From Candidatus Sumerlaeaceae bacterium (lineage in GTDB: Bacteria; Sumerlaeota; Sumerlaeia; Sumerlaeales; Sumerlaeaceae): DNA of 49,845 nucleotides. A model generated the notes under the pieces. It saw nothing but the letters and a program-made list of their open reading frames with translations, searched no databases and was not told the DNA's origin. The DNA is taken from contig JBMFRB010000010.1 of the NCBI GenBank assembly GCA_049968255.1, positions 49,997 through 99,841 on the forward strand. The letters are read 5' to 3'. The position numbers were made by a program, and so were the translations under genes. Positions 28,555-36,726 of this stretch are shown one piece after another; the stretch's first letter is position 1, and every line of letters starts with the position of its first letter.

Positions 28555-30000
28555 TCAGCGTTTGCGGAACAACCGCGACGAACCGGCTGCAAGAATTTTG
28601 CGCACAGTTTCTTCGTTGTGCGATCCAACATAGATCCGGCCGAGGGGTTCCGTATCGGAGATGCGCATGAGCATCCACGAGCCGTCGGCCAGATAGAATT
28701 TGATGCCATCCATGTCGCTCACCCGCTGGACGCGAATGCCGGCAAGAGTTTTCGGTGGAGCTTCGCGCAATTCGAGAAAATTCTGGCGCAGTGTGGCCAC
28801 GGGAAAATGTTTGTCAATGCGGCCGTAGGCGAAGGGCCCCGTGCGCTTGCGCAGCTGGCGAACGAGTTGAGTGATCGTGGTGGCGCGTGCGGCCAGCATT
28901 TCCACGACCAGCAAGCATGACAGGATGCCGTCGCGCTCAGGGATGTGGTATTTGTAGCCGAAGCCGCCGCTTTCTTCACCGCCGATTAGCACATCGTGGG
29001 CGAGCATCTTTTCGCACACGTTTTTGAATCCGACGGGCACTTCGATGACCTGGCAGCCGTAGTCGGCTGCGATGCGGTCAATCGTGTCGTGCATCGAGGT
29101 GGTGCGCACCACGTCGCCGCTCCAGCCGCGCGATGAAACGAGATACTCGAAGAGTAGCGGCATGAGATCGTGGAGTTGCACGAACTGCCCTTTTTCGTCG
29201 AGCACACCGAAGCGGTCAGCATCGCCGTCGGTGGCTAAGCCGAGTGTGGCTTTTTCCGCCCGGATTGCCTCGCGCAAGGGCTCGAGGTTTTGCGCGATAG
29301 GTTCGGGGCCACTGCCATCGAAGAGCGGGTGAATGTCGCTGCGCACGCTAGCCACGCGGATCTTTTGCTTGCGCAGAAATTCATCGACGGTCGCGATGCC
29401 GGCCCCGTGCATAGCATCGAAGACAACGCTGCCACGAAAGCCGCGGAGTAGGCGCAAGTCGAGGAATTGCTCGATTTGCCGCCAATAGGGGGGTGCAAAA
29501 TTCTTTTCCACGAGTTTTCCGCCGAGCTCTTGGGCCACGGCCGCGCTACTCAGCGCGTGAAGGTAGCGTTCGATCGCCTGTGTGAGGTCGGCCATGGCTG
29601 GCCCGCCATAAGGACCTTTGAACTTGATGCCATTGTAAGGATAAGGGTTGTGACTGGCCGTGATCATCACGCCTAGCGCCGCACGGTGATGGCGCACGGC
29701 GAAACTCAGTACGGGCGTTGGGGTTACGCTCTCGGCTAGCCAGACGGTGGTCCCGCAGCGTGCAGCCGTTTCTGCAAATGCGCGTGCAAACTCGGCCGAC
29801 AGAAAGCGGGTGTCGTAGCCGACAACGATCGGGCGCGTCCGCTGGTTGGTGTCGCGAAGGTAGCGTGAGGTTGCTGCTGCAATTTTCCGAACGTTGTCGA
29901 AAGTGAAGTGGTCGGCAATAATAGCACGCCATCCATCGGTACCAAAACGTGGCAAGGCCTCTGGCGCAGCCGCCAGAGGCCGCACATCCTTCTTAGGCAC
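28555..30000 (-). CDS. Phosphoglucomutase/phosphomannomutase family protein
   Basis: FGTDGWR, GYDTRF, ITASHNP, DGDADR, GGEESGG, DGIKF. Confidence 0.95.
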   Translation of the reverse strand: MPKKDVRPLAAAPEALPRFGTDGWRAIIADHFTFDNVRKIAAATSRYLRDTNQRTRPIVVGYDTRFLSAEFARAFAETAARCGTTVWLAESVTPTPVLSFAVRHHRAALGVMITASHNPYPYNGIKFKGPYGGPAMADLTQAIERYLHALSSAAVAQELGGKLVEKNFAPPYWRQIEQFLDLRLLRGFRGSVVFDAMHGAGIATVDEFLRKQKIRVASVRSDIHPLFDGSGPEPIAQNLEPLREAIRAEKATLGLATDGDADRFGVLDEKGQFVQLHDLMPLLFEYLVSSRGWSGDVVRTTSMHDTIDRIAADYGCQVIEVPVGFKNVCEKMLAHDVLIGGEESGGFGYKYHIPERDGILSCLLVVEMLAARATTITQLVRQLRKRTGPFAYGRIDKHFPVATLRQNFLELREAPPKTLAGIRVQRVSDMDGIKFYLADGSWMLMRISDTEPLGRIYVGSHNEETVRKILAAGSSRLFRKR

Positions 30001-30095
30001 AGCTCAAGCCACTCCTTTGCGATGAGTTCTCTCTCTCACTTGGCCACCTCGGCGTCCTGGGACAACCGCTGTTGTGAGGCACAAGTGGTGCGGCG

Positions 30096-30440
30096 TTATT
30101 CTTCTGCTTTTTGCTCAGGCTTTGCCGAACGCTCGCTCAGAAGCTGGTGGCGGTCGAAGGTTATATCGTAGGCTAACTTGAGCGCCTTGATCTTTTTCTT
30201 TATCTCAAGAGGAATCTCGCCCGACGCATCTGCGAGTGCGTTCTCGCCCTCGATGGCGGCAAGTAGCAGCTGCTCGACGAATTCACCCACGGGGACTCCC
30301 TCCAAAATGGCCAAGGCGCGCAGGAGCTTCCCGATGTTCTCTTGCACGCGGATTCCTACGAGAACACGCTTGAAGGCAGAGTGTTTCGGTCGACGGCCGC
30401 GGCGGCTTTTGGCAGCTTTGGCAGCATTTTTCGCTGTCAT
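30096..30440 (-). CDS. Small basic protein, possible ribbon-helix-helix-type DNA-binding protein
   Basis: AAGGAG RBS; RRGRRPK basic patch, then RVLVGIRV strand and two amphipathic helices (GKLLRALAIL, VGEFVEQLL); divergent from the etf genes. Confidence 0.6.
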   Translation of the reverse strand: MTAKNAAKAAKSRRGRRPKHSAFKRVLVGIRVQENIGKLLRALAILEGVPVGEFVEQLLLAAIEGENALADASGEIPLEIKKKIKALKLAYDITFDRHQLLSERSAKPEQKAEE

Positions 30441-30711
30441 GGTGTTGCTCCTTTGTCCGTAGTTCTCTCACACGGTCAGACGCGGAGTCGCTTTGCCGCA
30501 TCACTAACCATATAATAAATTATCGTTCATTTACAACAAAACAACAACACAAAGAGAAAAATTTATTCGGAAACAGGGGCAAGCGCCGACTCTCTTGTTG
30601 CAACTCGTAAATGCGGGGGCTTACGGAGTCACGCTTTTGTCTTGCGCTTGGTGCTTTTCACGCTCGGCGTTATCTTCAGGTCAAAATCACGAGATGGGGA
30701 GTTAGTCTGCG

Positions 30712-31524
30712 ATGACGACTGGATTGCATTTTGTGGTCTGCGCGAGTATAGTTCCGGACCCGTTGCAGACGTTGGAGCCAGTGATGGGGCCAAACGGTCC
30801 AGCCCTGAAGAACGAAACGATGCTGCCGGCTGTTCTTGATCCGTGGGCGGCGCACGCGCTTTACGAGTGTGCCGCGCTGGCGAAGAAAATTCAGGATAGC
30901 CGCCTGACCCTGATCAGCCTTGGGCCCAAGGCCAAGCTTCAACAGGTTATGATGACGGCCGGACAAAAGGTGCCGTTTGAGTTTGTGGCGATCGACGGCT
31001 CGGCCAGTGGTTTTACAGAGAGTTCGGAAACGGCGGTCGCACTCGCTGAGGCGCTCCGGGGCCTGCCGAATTTAGCTCTTGACCGGCTGGTGCTGGCTGG
31101 CGGTTGGGAGTCAGCAAGCCGCGGCGCCGGAACCACGCTTCAGATCGTGGGGGAACTGCTCGGCATTCGCGACCAGTTCCAAGGTGTGGATGAGGTTAGT
31201 GTTCAGGATGATGGCTCGCTGCGAATTCTGGAGCGCCTCGAAGGGGGACGCTATCAGGTCTCGGTGTGCGCCGGGCCGCCGGTGGTGCTCGGGTGGGCGA
31301 CGGGGACCCTTCCGGAACCACCGAATAACCCACAAATTGGCATGATGAACATGCGCGCCGTCATGCCTGCACTCCAACGGGCGAAGTCTGTGTCGGTTGG
31401 TGCGCAGAATGTGCGGTTTGTGACCGCGGAGTTGCCGAAGCAAAAGCGCGACACGCGCATCGTGAAAGATGCCTCGCCGGAGGACATTGCACGCGAACTC
31501 GTCGCGTGGATTCGCGGAAACTGA
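30712..31524 (+). CDS. etfB: Electron transfer flavoprotein beta subunit (divergent)
   Basis: VVCASIVPDP, ISLGP, LRILERLEGG, PVVL, C-terminal IARELVAWIR; upstream of an alpha subunit gene. Confidence 0.75.
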   Translation: MTTGLHFVVCASIVPDPLQTLEPVMGPNGPALKNETMLPAVLDPWAAHALYECAALAKKIQDSRLTLISLGPKAKLQQVMMTAGQKVPFEFVAIDGSASGFTESSETAVALAEALRGLPNLALDRLVLAGGWESASRGAGTTLQIVGELLGIRDQFQGVDEVSVQDDGSLRILERLEGGRYQVSVCAGPPVVLGWATGTLPEPPNNPQIGMMNMRAVMPALQRAKSVSVGAQNVRFVTAELPKQKRDTRIVKDASPEDIARELVAWIRGN

Positions 31525-31553
31525 AGCGGGGAAAGTCAAAGGAGAGCGAAACG

Positions 31554-32585
31554 ATGACAGAGAAACTGCTGATTCTCATTCCTGTGGAAAAACAGGGCAC
31601 GTTGCCAAAAGTTGGCTTAGAGACGGTGTCGGTAGTGCGTGGGCTCGCGGAAGGTTTGAACACGACATTCGACGTTGGTCTTTGGGGGGCGGACGTGAAA
31701 GAGGCTGCGCGGGCTTTGGCCTCTTGCGGCGCTTCGCGATTTCTGGCGGTTGAGGGCGACGAGTTTGCCGACGCGCGCTATGCCAGCGATGCAGTCGCGG
31801 CCGAGACCCTGGCGCGAGCTGCGGGGGCGACGATCATCGTGGCGCCAGCCATTTCGCGGGTGTCGCGCGTTCTTGGAGGTGTGGCACATCGGTTGGGCGG
31901 ACGTGCAGACAATCATGCCGCTACACTGCAAGTGGCCGCCGACGGTGGCCTTCAGCTCACGCGCTGGTATTATCGCCAGCGCATCATGGTGGTGCTCGAG
32001 CGCGCGCATCGCCCATGGCTCATCGCGGTCGAATCGGGAGCAGCATTGCCCTGGACGGGAGCGGCAGGAGACGTGAAGATCGAATCACTTGCCGTGGCGC
32101 TGAGCGATGCCGACAAGCGTACGCGCTTCGAAGGAATTCAGCAGCCTCCCACCGATCAGCAAACGATCCGTCCCGACGCCGAGCTCCTGTTTGTGGCGGG
32201 GGCAGGCTGGACGAAAAAGCAGCGTGATGGTCAGATCCACGTCGAGGAAGCCGACCGCATCATTCGCGAATTTTTGACAAAATCGGGGGCCTCTCTTGGC
32301 GGAACAAAATCTATTGTCGACCAAGCCGGCGAAGGGGGCGCAGTGCTCTCGTGCATGAGCCACATGAATCAGGTTGGTCAGACCGGCTCGACGCCGCGGC
32401 ATCCCAAGGGGCTGGCCACATGCTGCCACGGAGAGGAGCCGCACGTTGTGGGGTGGCGTTTCATCAATGAGCGGCGTGCCGTAAATCTTGACCCCAATTG
32501 CGGTTGGGCACATGGCAAAGCCGATGTGCTTTATGTGGCTGACGCTTTCGAGGTCATGCGCAAAGTGAACGAATTGCTCGGTTAG
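31554..32585 (+). CDS. etfA: Electron transfer flavoprotein alpha subunit (divergent)
   Basis: GGAG RBS; ILIPVE; DAELLFVAGAG; NQVGQTG; AVNLDPN; ADVLYVADAFEV. Confidence 0.8.
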   Translation: MTEKLLILIPVEKQGTLPKVGLETVSVVRGLAEGLNTTFDVGLWGADVKEAARALASCGASRFLAVEGDEFADARYASDAVAAETLARAAGATIIVAPAISRVSRVLGGVAHRLGGRADNHAATLQVAADGGLQLTRWYYRQRIMVVLERAHRPWLIAVESGAALPWTGAAGDVKIESLAVALSDADKRTRFEGIQQPPTDQQTIRPDAELLFVAGAGWTKKQRDGQIHVEEADRIIREFLTKSGASLGGTKSIVDQAGEGGAVLSCMSHMNQVGQTGSTPRHPKGLATCCHGEEPHVVGWRFINERRAVNLDPNCGWAHGKADVLYVADAFEVMRKVNELLG

Positions 32586-32611
32586 CAAGTGGTGAGCTTT
32601 GCAAAGCCTTG

Positions 32612-32647
32612 CCCTGCGAGCGCACCCCTCGCAGGGTTTTCTTTTTG
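32612..32647 (+). terminator. Intrinsic terminator after etfA
   Basis: CCCTGCGAG-N7-CTCGCAGGG followed by TTTTCTTTTT. Confidence 0.88.
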
Positions 32648-33035
32648 TGGGCGCTCTGTCTGTTTGTGCGCGAAAGTTTCCGCGACAAACGAAGGCGCTC
32701 ACCCGCTCGCGTTGCCGCGGGCCGCGCCTGGGCTTTGTCGAAAAGTTCGCACGGACGCAAAGGCGCACACGCCTCAGCTTTGCACGTTGCGAAACCGTCC
32801 CCGTGTTGAATATCAACGGTGATTGCTCGCTGCGGAGCGCCAGTATGCGCAAGGGGGGCTGTTGGCTCGTGCCGGCTGACACAGAAGTGTTGCGGAAATT
32901 TCATGAAAAATTCCGACCGAGGAGCGCGGAATGAGAGCTCCATTCTACCCGCTCTTGCGCCGAAGACCTTTTCTCAAGCACTCAAAAATAGAGACTTAGC
33001 TATGCTACTTCCACGCAAACCGCGGTTTGGGCATG

Positions 33036-33051
33036 AGCAAGGTGCGTGCCA
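33036..33051 (-). promoter_or_regulatory. Full-consensus sigma54 motif facing away from nrdJ
   Basis: Minus strand TGGCACGCACCTTGCT matches TGGCACG-N4-TTGCW exactly. Confidence 0.6.
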
Positions 33052-33122
33052 TCGAGAAAACCTTTCAAAGAGCGTCACTTAGCAAAAAAACGAAGGTCAC
33101 ACCGATTTTCTCTTTACGCAGA

Positions 33123-33191
33123 GTACAACATCTTGGATGACTATGGAATCGTTGACTACAAGATGTGGTGTGCGAGCGCCAGATCTTGTAC
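33123..33191 (+). promoter_or_regulatory. Three tandem NrdR-box-like operators
   Basis: Cores CAACATCTTG (33126-35), CAAGATGTGG (33159-68) and CCAGATCTTG (33179-88) resemble acaCwAtATaTwGtgt; spacings 33 and 20 bp; directly upstream of the RNR gene. Confidence 0.8.
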
Positions 33192-33241
33192 CTCGCTAGC
33201 AAACACGTTCCTGCAGAAGTTACCGGAGAAGGAGACGAACG

Positions 33242-35611
33242 ATGAAAATTCTTGCAGACCATGAGATGGAGCATGCTGACGCCCATCTCGTGGAGCCAAC
33301 GTTCACACGCAATGCCCAGGTGGTTCTTGAGAAGCGCTACCTGCTCAAGGACGATGAGGGCAACCTGATCGAAACGCCCAAGCAGTTGCTCTTGCGGGTG
33401 GCGTCGAACATTGCGCAAGCCGAATTGAATTTCGTCGCCAGCCGCGAGCGCTACGAAGAGCTGCGCGAGAAGTTCTACACTCTCATGGCGAAGCGCGAGT
33501 TCATGCCCAACACGCCGACGCTGATGAATGCGGGAGCAGGTCACCCACAGCAGTTGAGCGCTTGCTTTGTCCTGCCGGTGGACGATTCGATCGAAAGCAT
33601 TTTCGAGAGTGTCAAGCATGCGGCGCTTATTCACAAGACAGGCGGCGGCACGGGTTTTGCCTTTTCGCGCCTGCGCCCGAAACACGACCGCGTCCGTTCG
33701 ACAAAAGGCGTGTCGAGTGGCCCGGTCTCGTTTATGAAGGTGTTCAACGCTGCCACCGAAGCTATCAAGCAGGGCGGCAAACGTCGCGGTGCCAACATGG
33801 GCATCCTGCGCGTGGATCACCCGGACATTCTTGAATTCATTGAGTGCAAAGCGGACATGGTCTCTGTGACGAATTTCAATATCTCGGTGGGCGTCACGGA
33901 GAAGTTCATGGAGGCTGTGCTTCGTGGCGATGACTATGAGCTCGTGAACCCGAAGAATGGGGAGGTGGTGGGCAAGCTCAATGCACGCATGGTTTTCGAT
34001 AAGATGGTCGAGAACGCGTGGCGCAATGGCGATCCGGGAATTGTTTTCCTTGATCGGATCAATCGCGACAATCCCACGCCTGCGGTGGGAGAAATAGAAA
34101 GCACGAATCCGTGCGGCGAGCAGCCATTGCTCCCGTACGAGGCGTGCAACCTGGGCTCGATCAATTTGGCCCAGATGCTCAAACGCGTCGATGTTGGTGT
34201 GAGCTCTTCCGGCGTCAGCGAAATCTCCTGCGACGGCTACCGTTCCCGCAACCTGCTCAATGATGGCACCTGTTGGATCGTTGACTGGGACAAGCTGGCA
34301 GAGACGGTGCGACTCTGCATCAGGTTCCTCGATGATGTGATTGAAATGTCGGATTTCCCGCTTCCAGCGATTACGAATCTCGTCAAGTTCGGCAACCGAA
34401 AGGTCGGCCTCGGCGTGATGGGCTTTGCCGATCTTCTTTATTTGCTCGGCATTCCCTACAATAGCCAGGAGGCGGTGGACCTTGGTGAGCGCTTGATGGA
34501 GTTCATCCAGAAGCATGCGGCTCAGGCGTCGGAAGAGCTCGCCGAAGAGCGTGGCGCGTTTGGGAATTTCCCCCTCTCGGTGTTTTGCGATCCGAATCAT
34601 CCTTGGTACAATGGGGGGCGTCCGCGGCGCAATGCGACGGTGACGACCATCGCGCCCACGGGCACAATCTCGATCATTGCGGGCTGCTCGAGTGGCATCG
34701 AGCCCTACTTTGCCATTTGCTTCTATCGTCGGGTACTCGACGGCGAGGAGCTCGTCGAGGTTCATCCATTCTTCGAAGAGGTGGCCCGCCAGCGTGGCTT
34801 TTACTCGGAGGCCCTCATGCGCGAGATCGCTATGCGCGGTTCGCTCCAGGAGATTGCCGAAATTCCTGCGGATGTGCGCGAGGTGTTCATCACGGCACAC
34901 GACGTGTCGCCCAAATGGCATCTCGAACACCAGGCCGCCTTCCAGCGCCACTGCGAAAACGCCGTCTCGAAAACAGTGAATTTCCCCAATCATGCCACGC
35001 GCGAAGATGTAGCCGAGGTCTACCGGCTTGCCTACCAGAAAGGCTGCAAGGGCGTGACGATCTATCGCGACGGATCGCGGGACGCGCAGGTGCTCAATAT
35101 CGGCCTGGGAACGAAAAAATCGGAAGCCAAGCCCTCGGAGAAAAAACAAACAGAGAACCATGACAGTTCCGGGCACGGCAACGGAGGCAACGGTCACACA
35201 AGCTCGCCGAGCTCAGCGAGCGTGCCGGCAACGGCGGCTGTCCGCTTGGCGGCTGGTGCTGCCCAAATTGCGGTTCGCGCGCCTGTTGCCCCCGCAGCGA
35301 GCGAATCGGCTTCGCGGCTTGTGCGCCGCTTTCGTCTGAGCATCGAAGACGAGCAGCTCAAGCGCCTGGCACGCCAGTCCAAACTTTATCTCACCGATGA
35401 AAAAGGCACGCGCCTGCCTCTGCAGCTCGTTGCGCAAGAGGGCTCGGTGGCGAAGGGGCTGCAACTTGTTGTCGAAGTGGTGTCACCCGAGGCGAATGTG
35501 GAAGTGCGCGCAGGGCAGAGTCTACCGAAATGCCCCGAGTGCGGCGGACCTCTGACCATGGGTGAGGGCTGCCAAACTTGTCAGTCGTGCGGGTACTCGA
35601 AATGTGGCTGA
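33242..35611 (+). CDS. nrdJ: Class II (adenosylcobalamin-dependent) ribonucleotide reductase
   Basis: VLEKRYL, FMPNTPTLMNAG, QLSACFV, QGGKRRGANMG, TNPCGEQ, EACNLGSINL, TIAPTGT, VSKTVN, KGVTIYRDGSR; C-terminal Zn ribbon ending GYSKCG; no nrdB adjacent. Confidence 0.93.
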   Translation: MKILADHEMEHADAHLVEPTFTRNAQVVLEKRYLLKDDEGNLIETPKQLLLRVASNIAQAELNFVASRERYEELREKFYTLMAKREFMPNTPTLMNAGAGHPQQLSACFVLPVDDSIESIFESVKHAALIHKTGGGTGFAFSRLRPKHDRVRSTKGVSSGPVSFMKVFNAATEAIKQGGKRRGANMGILRVDHPDILEFIECKADMVSVTNFNISVGVTEKFMEAVLRGDDYELVNPKNGEVVGKLNARMVFDKMVENAWRNGDPGIVFLDRINRDNPTPAVGEIESTNPCGEQPLLPYEACNLGSINLAQMLKRVDVGVSSSGVSEISCDGYRSRNLLNDGTCWIVDWDKLAETVRLCIRFLDDVIEMSDFPLPAITNLVKFGNRKVGLGVMGFADLLYLLGIPYNSQEAVDLGERLMEFIQKHAAQASEELAEERGAFGNFPLSVFCDPNHPWYNGGRPRRNATVTTIAPTGTISIIAGCSSGIEPYFAICFYRRVLDGEELVEVHPFFEEVARQRGFYSEALMREIAMRGSLQEIAEIPADVREVFITAHDVSPKWHLEHQAAFQRHCENAVSKTVNFPNHATREDVAEVYRLAYQKGCKGVTIYRDGSRDAQVLNIGLGTKKSEAKPSEKKQTENHDSSGHGNGGNGHTSSPSSASVPATAAVRLAAGAAQIAVRAPVAPAASESASRLVRRFRLSIEDEQLKRLARQSKLYLTDEKGTRLPLQLVAQEGSVAKGLQLVVEVVSPEANVEVRAGQSLPKCPECGGPLTMGEGCQTCQSCGYSKCG

Positions 35612-35638
35612 TGAGCCAATGCGCGACAGTAGTTGTTT

Positions 35639-35668
35639 GGGGATGGAGGCACCGATGCTTCCGTCCCC
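35639..35668. terminator. 13-bp stem-loop after nrdJ (no U tract)
   Basis: GGGGATGGAGGCA-CCGA-TGCTTCCGTCCCC with G-U pairs. Confidence 0.45.
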
Positions 35669-35854
35669 GCGGTCGCGCCAACACCCAGCGCACCTTTGAG
35701 CCTAGGGGCGCGGTGCGTGACCTGTTGGCGTGGTATGGTCTGAGCTATGGGGCTCACGGCTGGCACGCCGGTGATCGGCGCGGCAGCGGTGAGCTCGATG
35801 ATGGTGATGTTGTTCTAAGCCAGTTACTGCTGTAGCGAGAGGTTCTCGTGAGAA

Positions 35855-36370
35855 ATGCTCGATGAGCACGGTGTGGACCTGATCATCGGTCAGACATGGC
35901 GACGACGCGAGAGACCAAGGCCGCTGCCCTTCCGGCGGCTGGTGGTTGCGCTTGTGCTATGGTTGGTACTAATCGCCTTGGGAACGCTGCATGTCTCCAT
36001 TCGTTTCCTCGTTCAGGACGTCCAACTCGAACGCCAGCTGCTACTGAAGCGCCAGGAAGAGCTTTTGAAGCGGCAAATGGAGCTCGAGAGCAAACTGGCT
36101 ATGCTCAAGCGGCAGGTGGACGAAGAGCGAGAGGAAATCTGCGCCGAACTAGGTCTGGTCGAGGTTGATTCATCACGGCGAGTGGAAGCGAGGCTTCCGC
36201 GAGAATTGGTGGCGAAGTATCTCCCAGCTCGGCCGGTGCGTGGTGGTGAAAGCCGCAGCGCCTTCGTGAGTACGGCGCAGGCTGGCCAGCTCGAAATGCC
36301 GCAGCTTTTTCATGCTCTTGTCACGGTGATCGAAGCCAACCGTGCGCAAGCTAAAACGCTTGAGCGCTGA
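35855..36370 (+). CDS. Bitopic coiled-coil protein, FtsL/DivIC-like topology
   Basis: Basic N-terminus, one TM helix, leucine heptads (LLLKRQEELLKRQMELESKLAML), then ICAELGLV. Confidence 0.55.
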   Translation: MLDEHGVDLIIGQTWRRRERPRPLPFRRLVVALVLWLVLIALGTLHVSIRFLVQDVQLERQLLLKRQEELLKRQMELESKLAMLKRQVDEEREEICAELGLVEVDSSRRVEARLPRELVAKYLPARPVRGGESRSAFVSTAQAGQLEMPQLFHALVTVIEANRAQAKTLER

Positions 36371-36726
36371 GCAAGCCTGGACGCTGGCGATGGCCGGCCG
36401 ATGGCCATTGCAGGGCAAGGGCAGGTTTTTTCCCCACCCGAAGCTCTGGGGTGCATTATTTCTCTGTGTCCATGCTACGTAACTAGAGCACTTGCTAAGC
36501 TGACGATGGGCTACAGATCGTCGAATGAGTGACGTGCTTGCCCAACGCCTACGGGGAGAACAGCTATTGCCCATTTCTGTTGTTTTGTTTGGGGGCAAGC
36601 TGTCGCACACCGTTTGACTTCGCGCGCTTGTGCATGGCGCGAGCTGGGAGAAGCGTGATGCGCAGAATTGGCACGAGCACCGCTCGCGGAAAATGCAAAG
36701 GGCCATGTTGCTGGCGACAGAATGGG

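Noticed and set aside
32740-32790. GGACGCAAAG resembling a c-di-GMP-I riboswitch
   Set aside because: The upstream GGCAAAC/GNRA P2 stem is missing at the required spacing.
33065-35197. 710-aa antisense ORF over nrdJ
   Set aside because: Shadow ORF expected from codon bias in a GC-rich conserved gene; no recognizable motifs.
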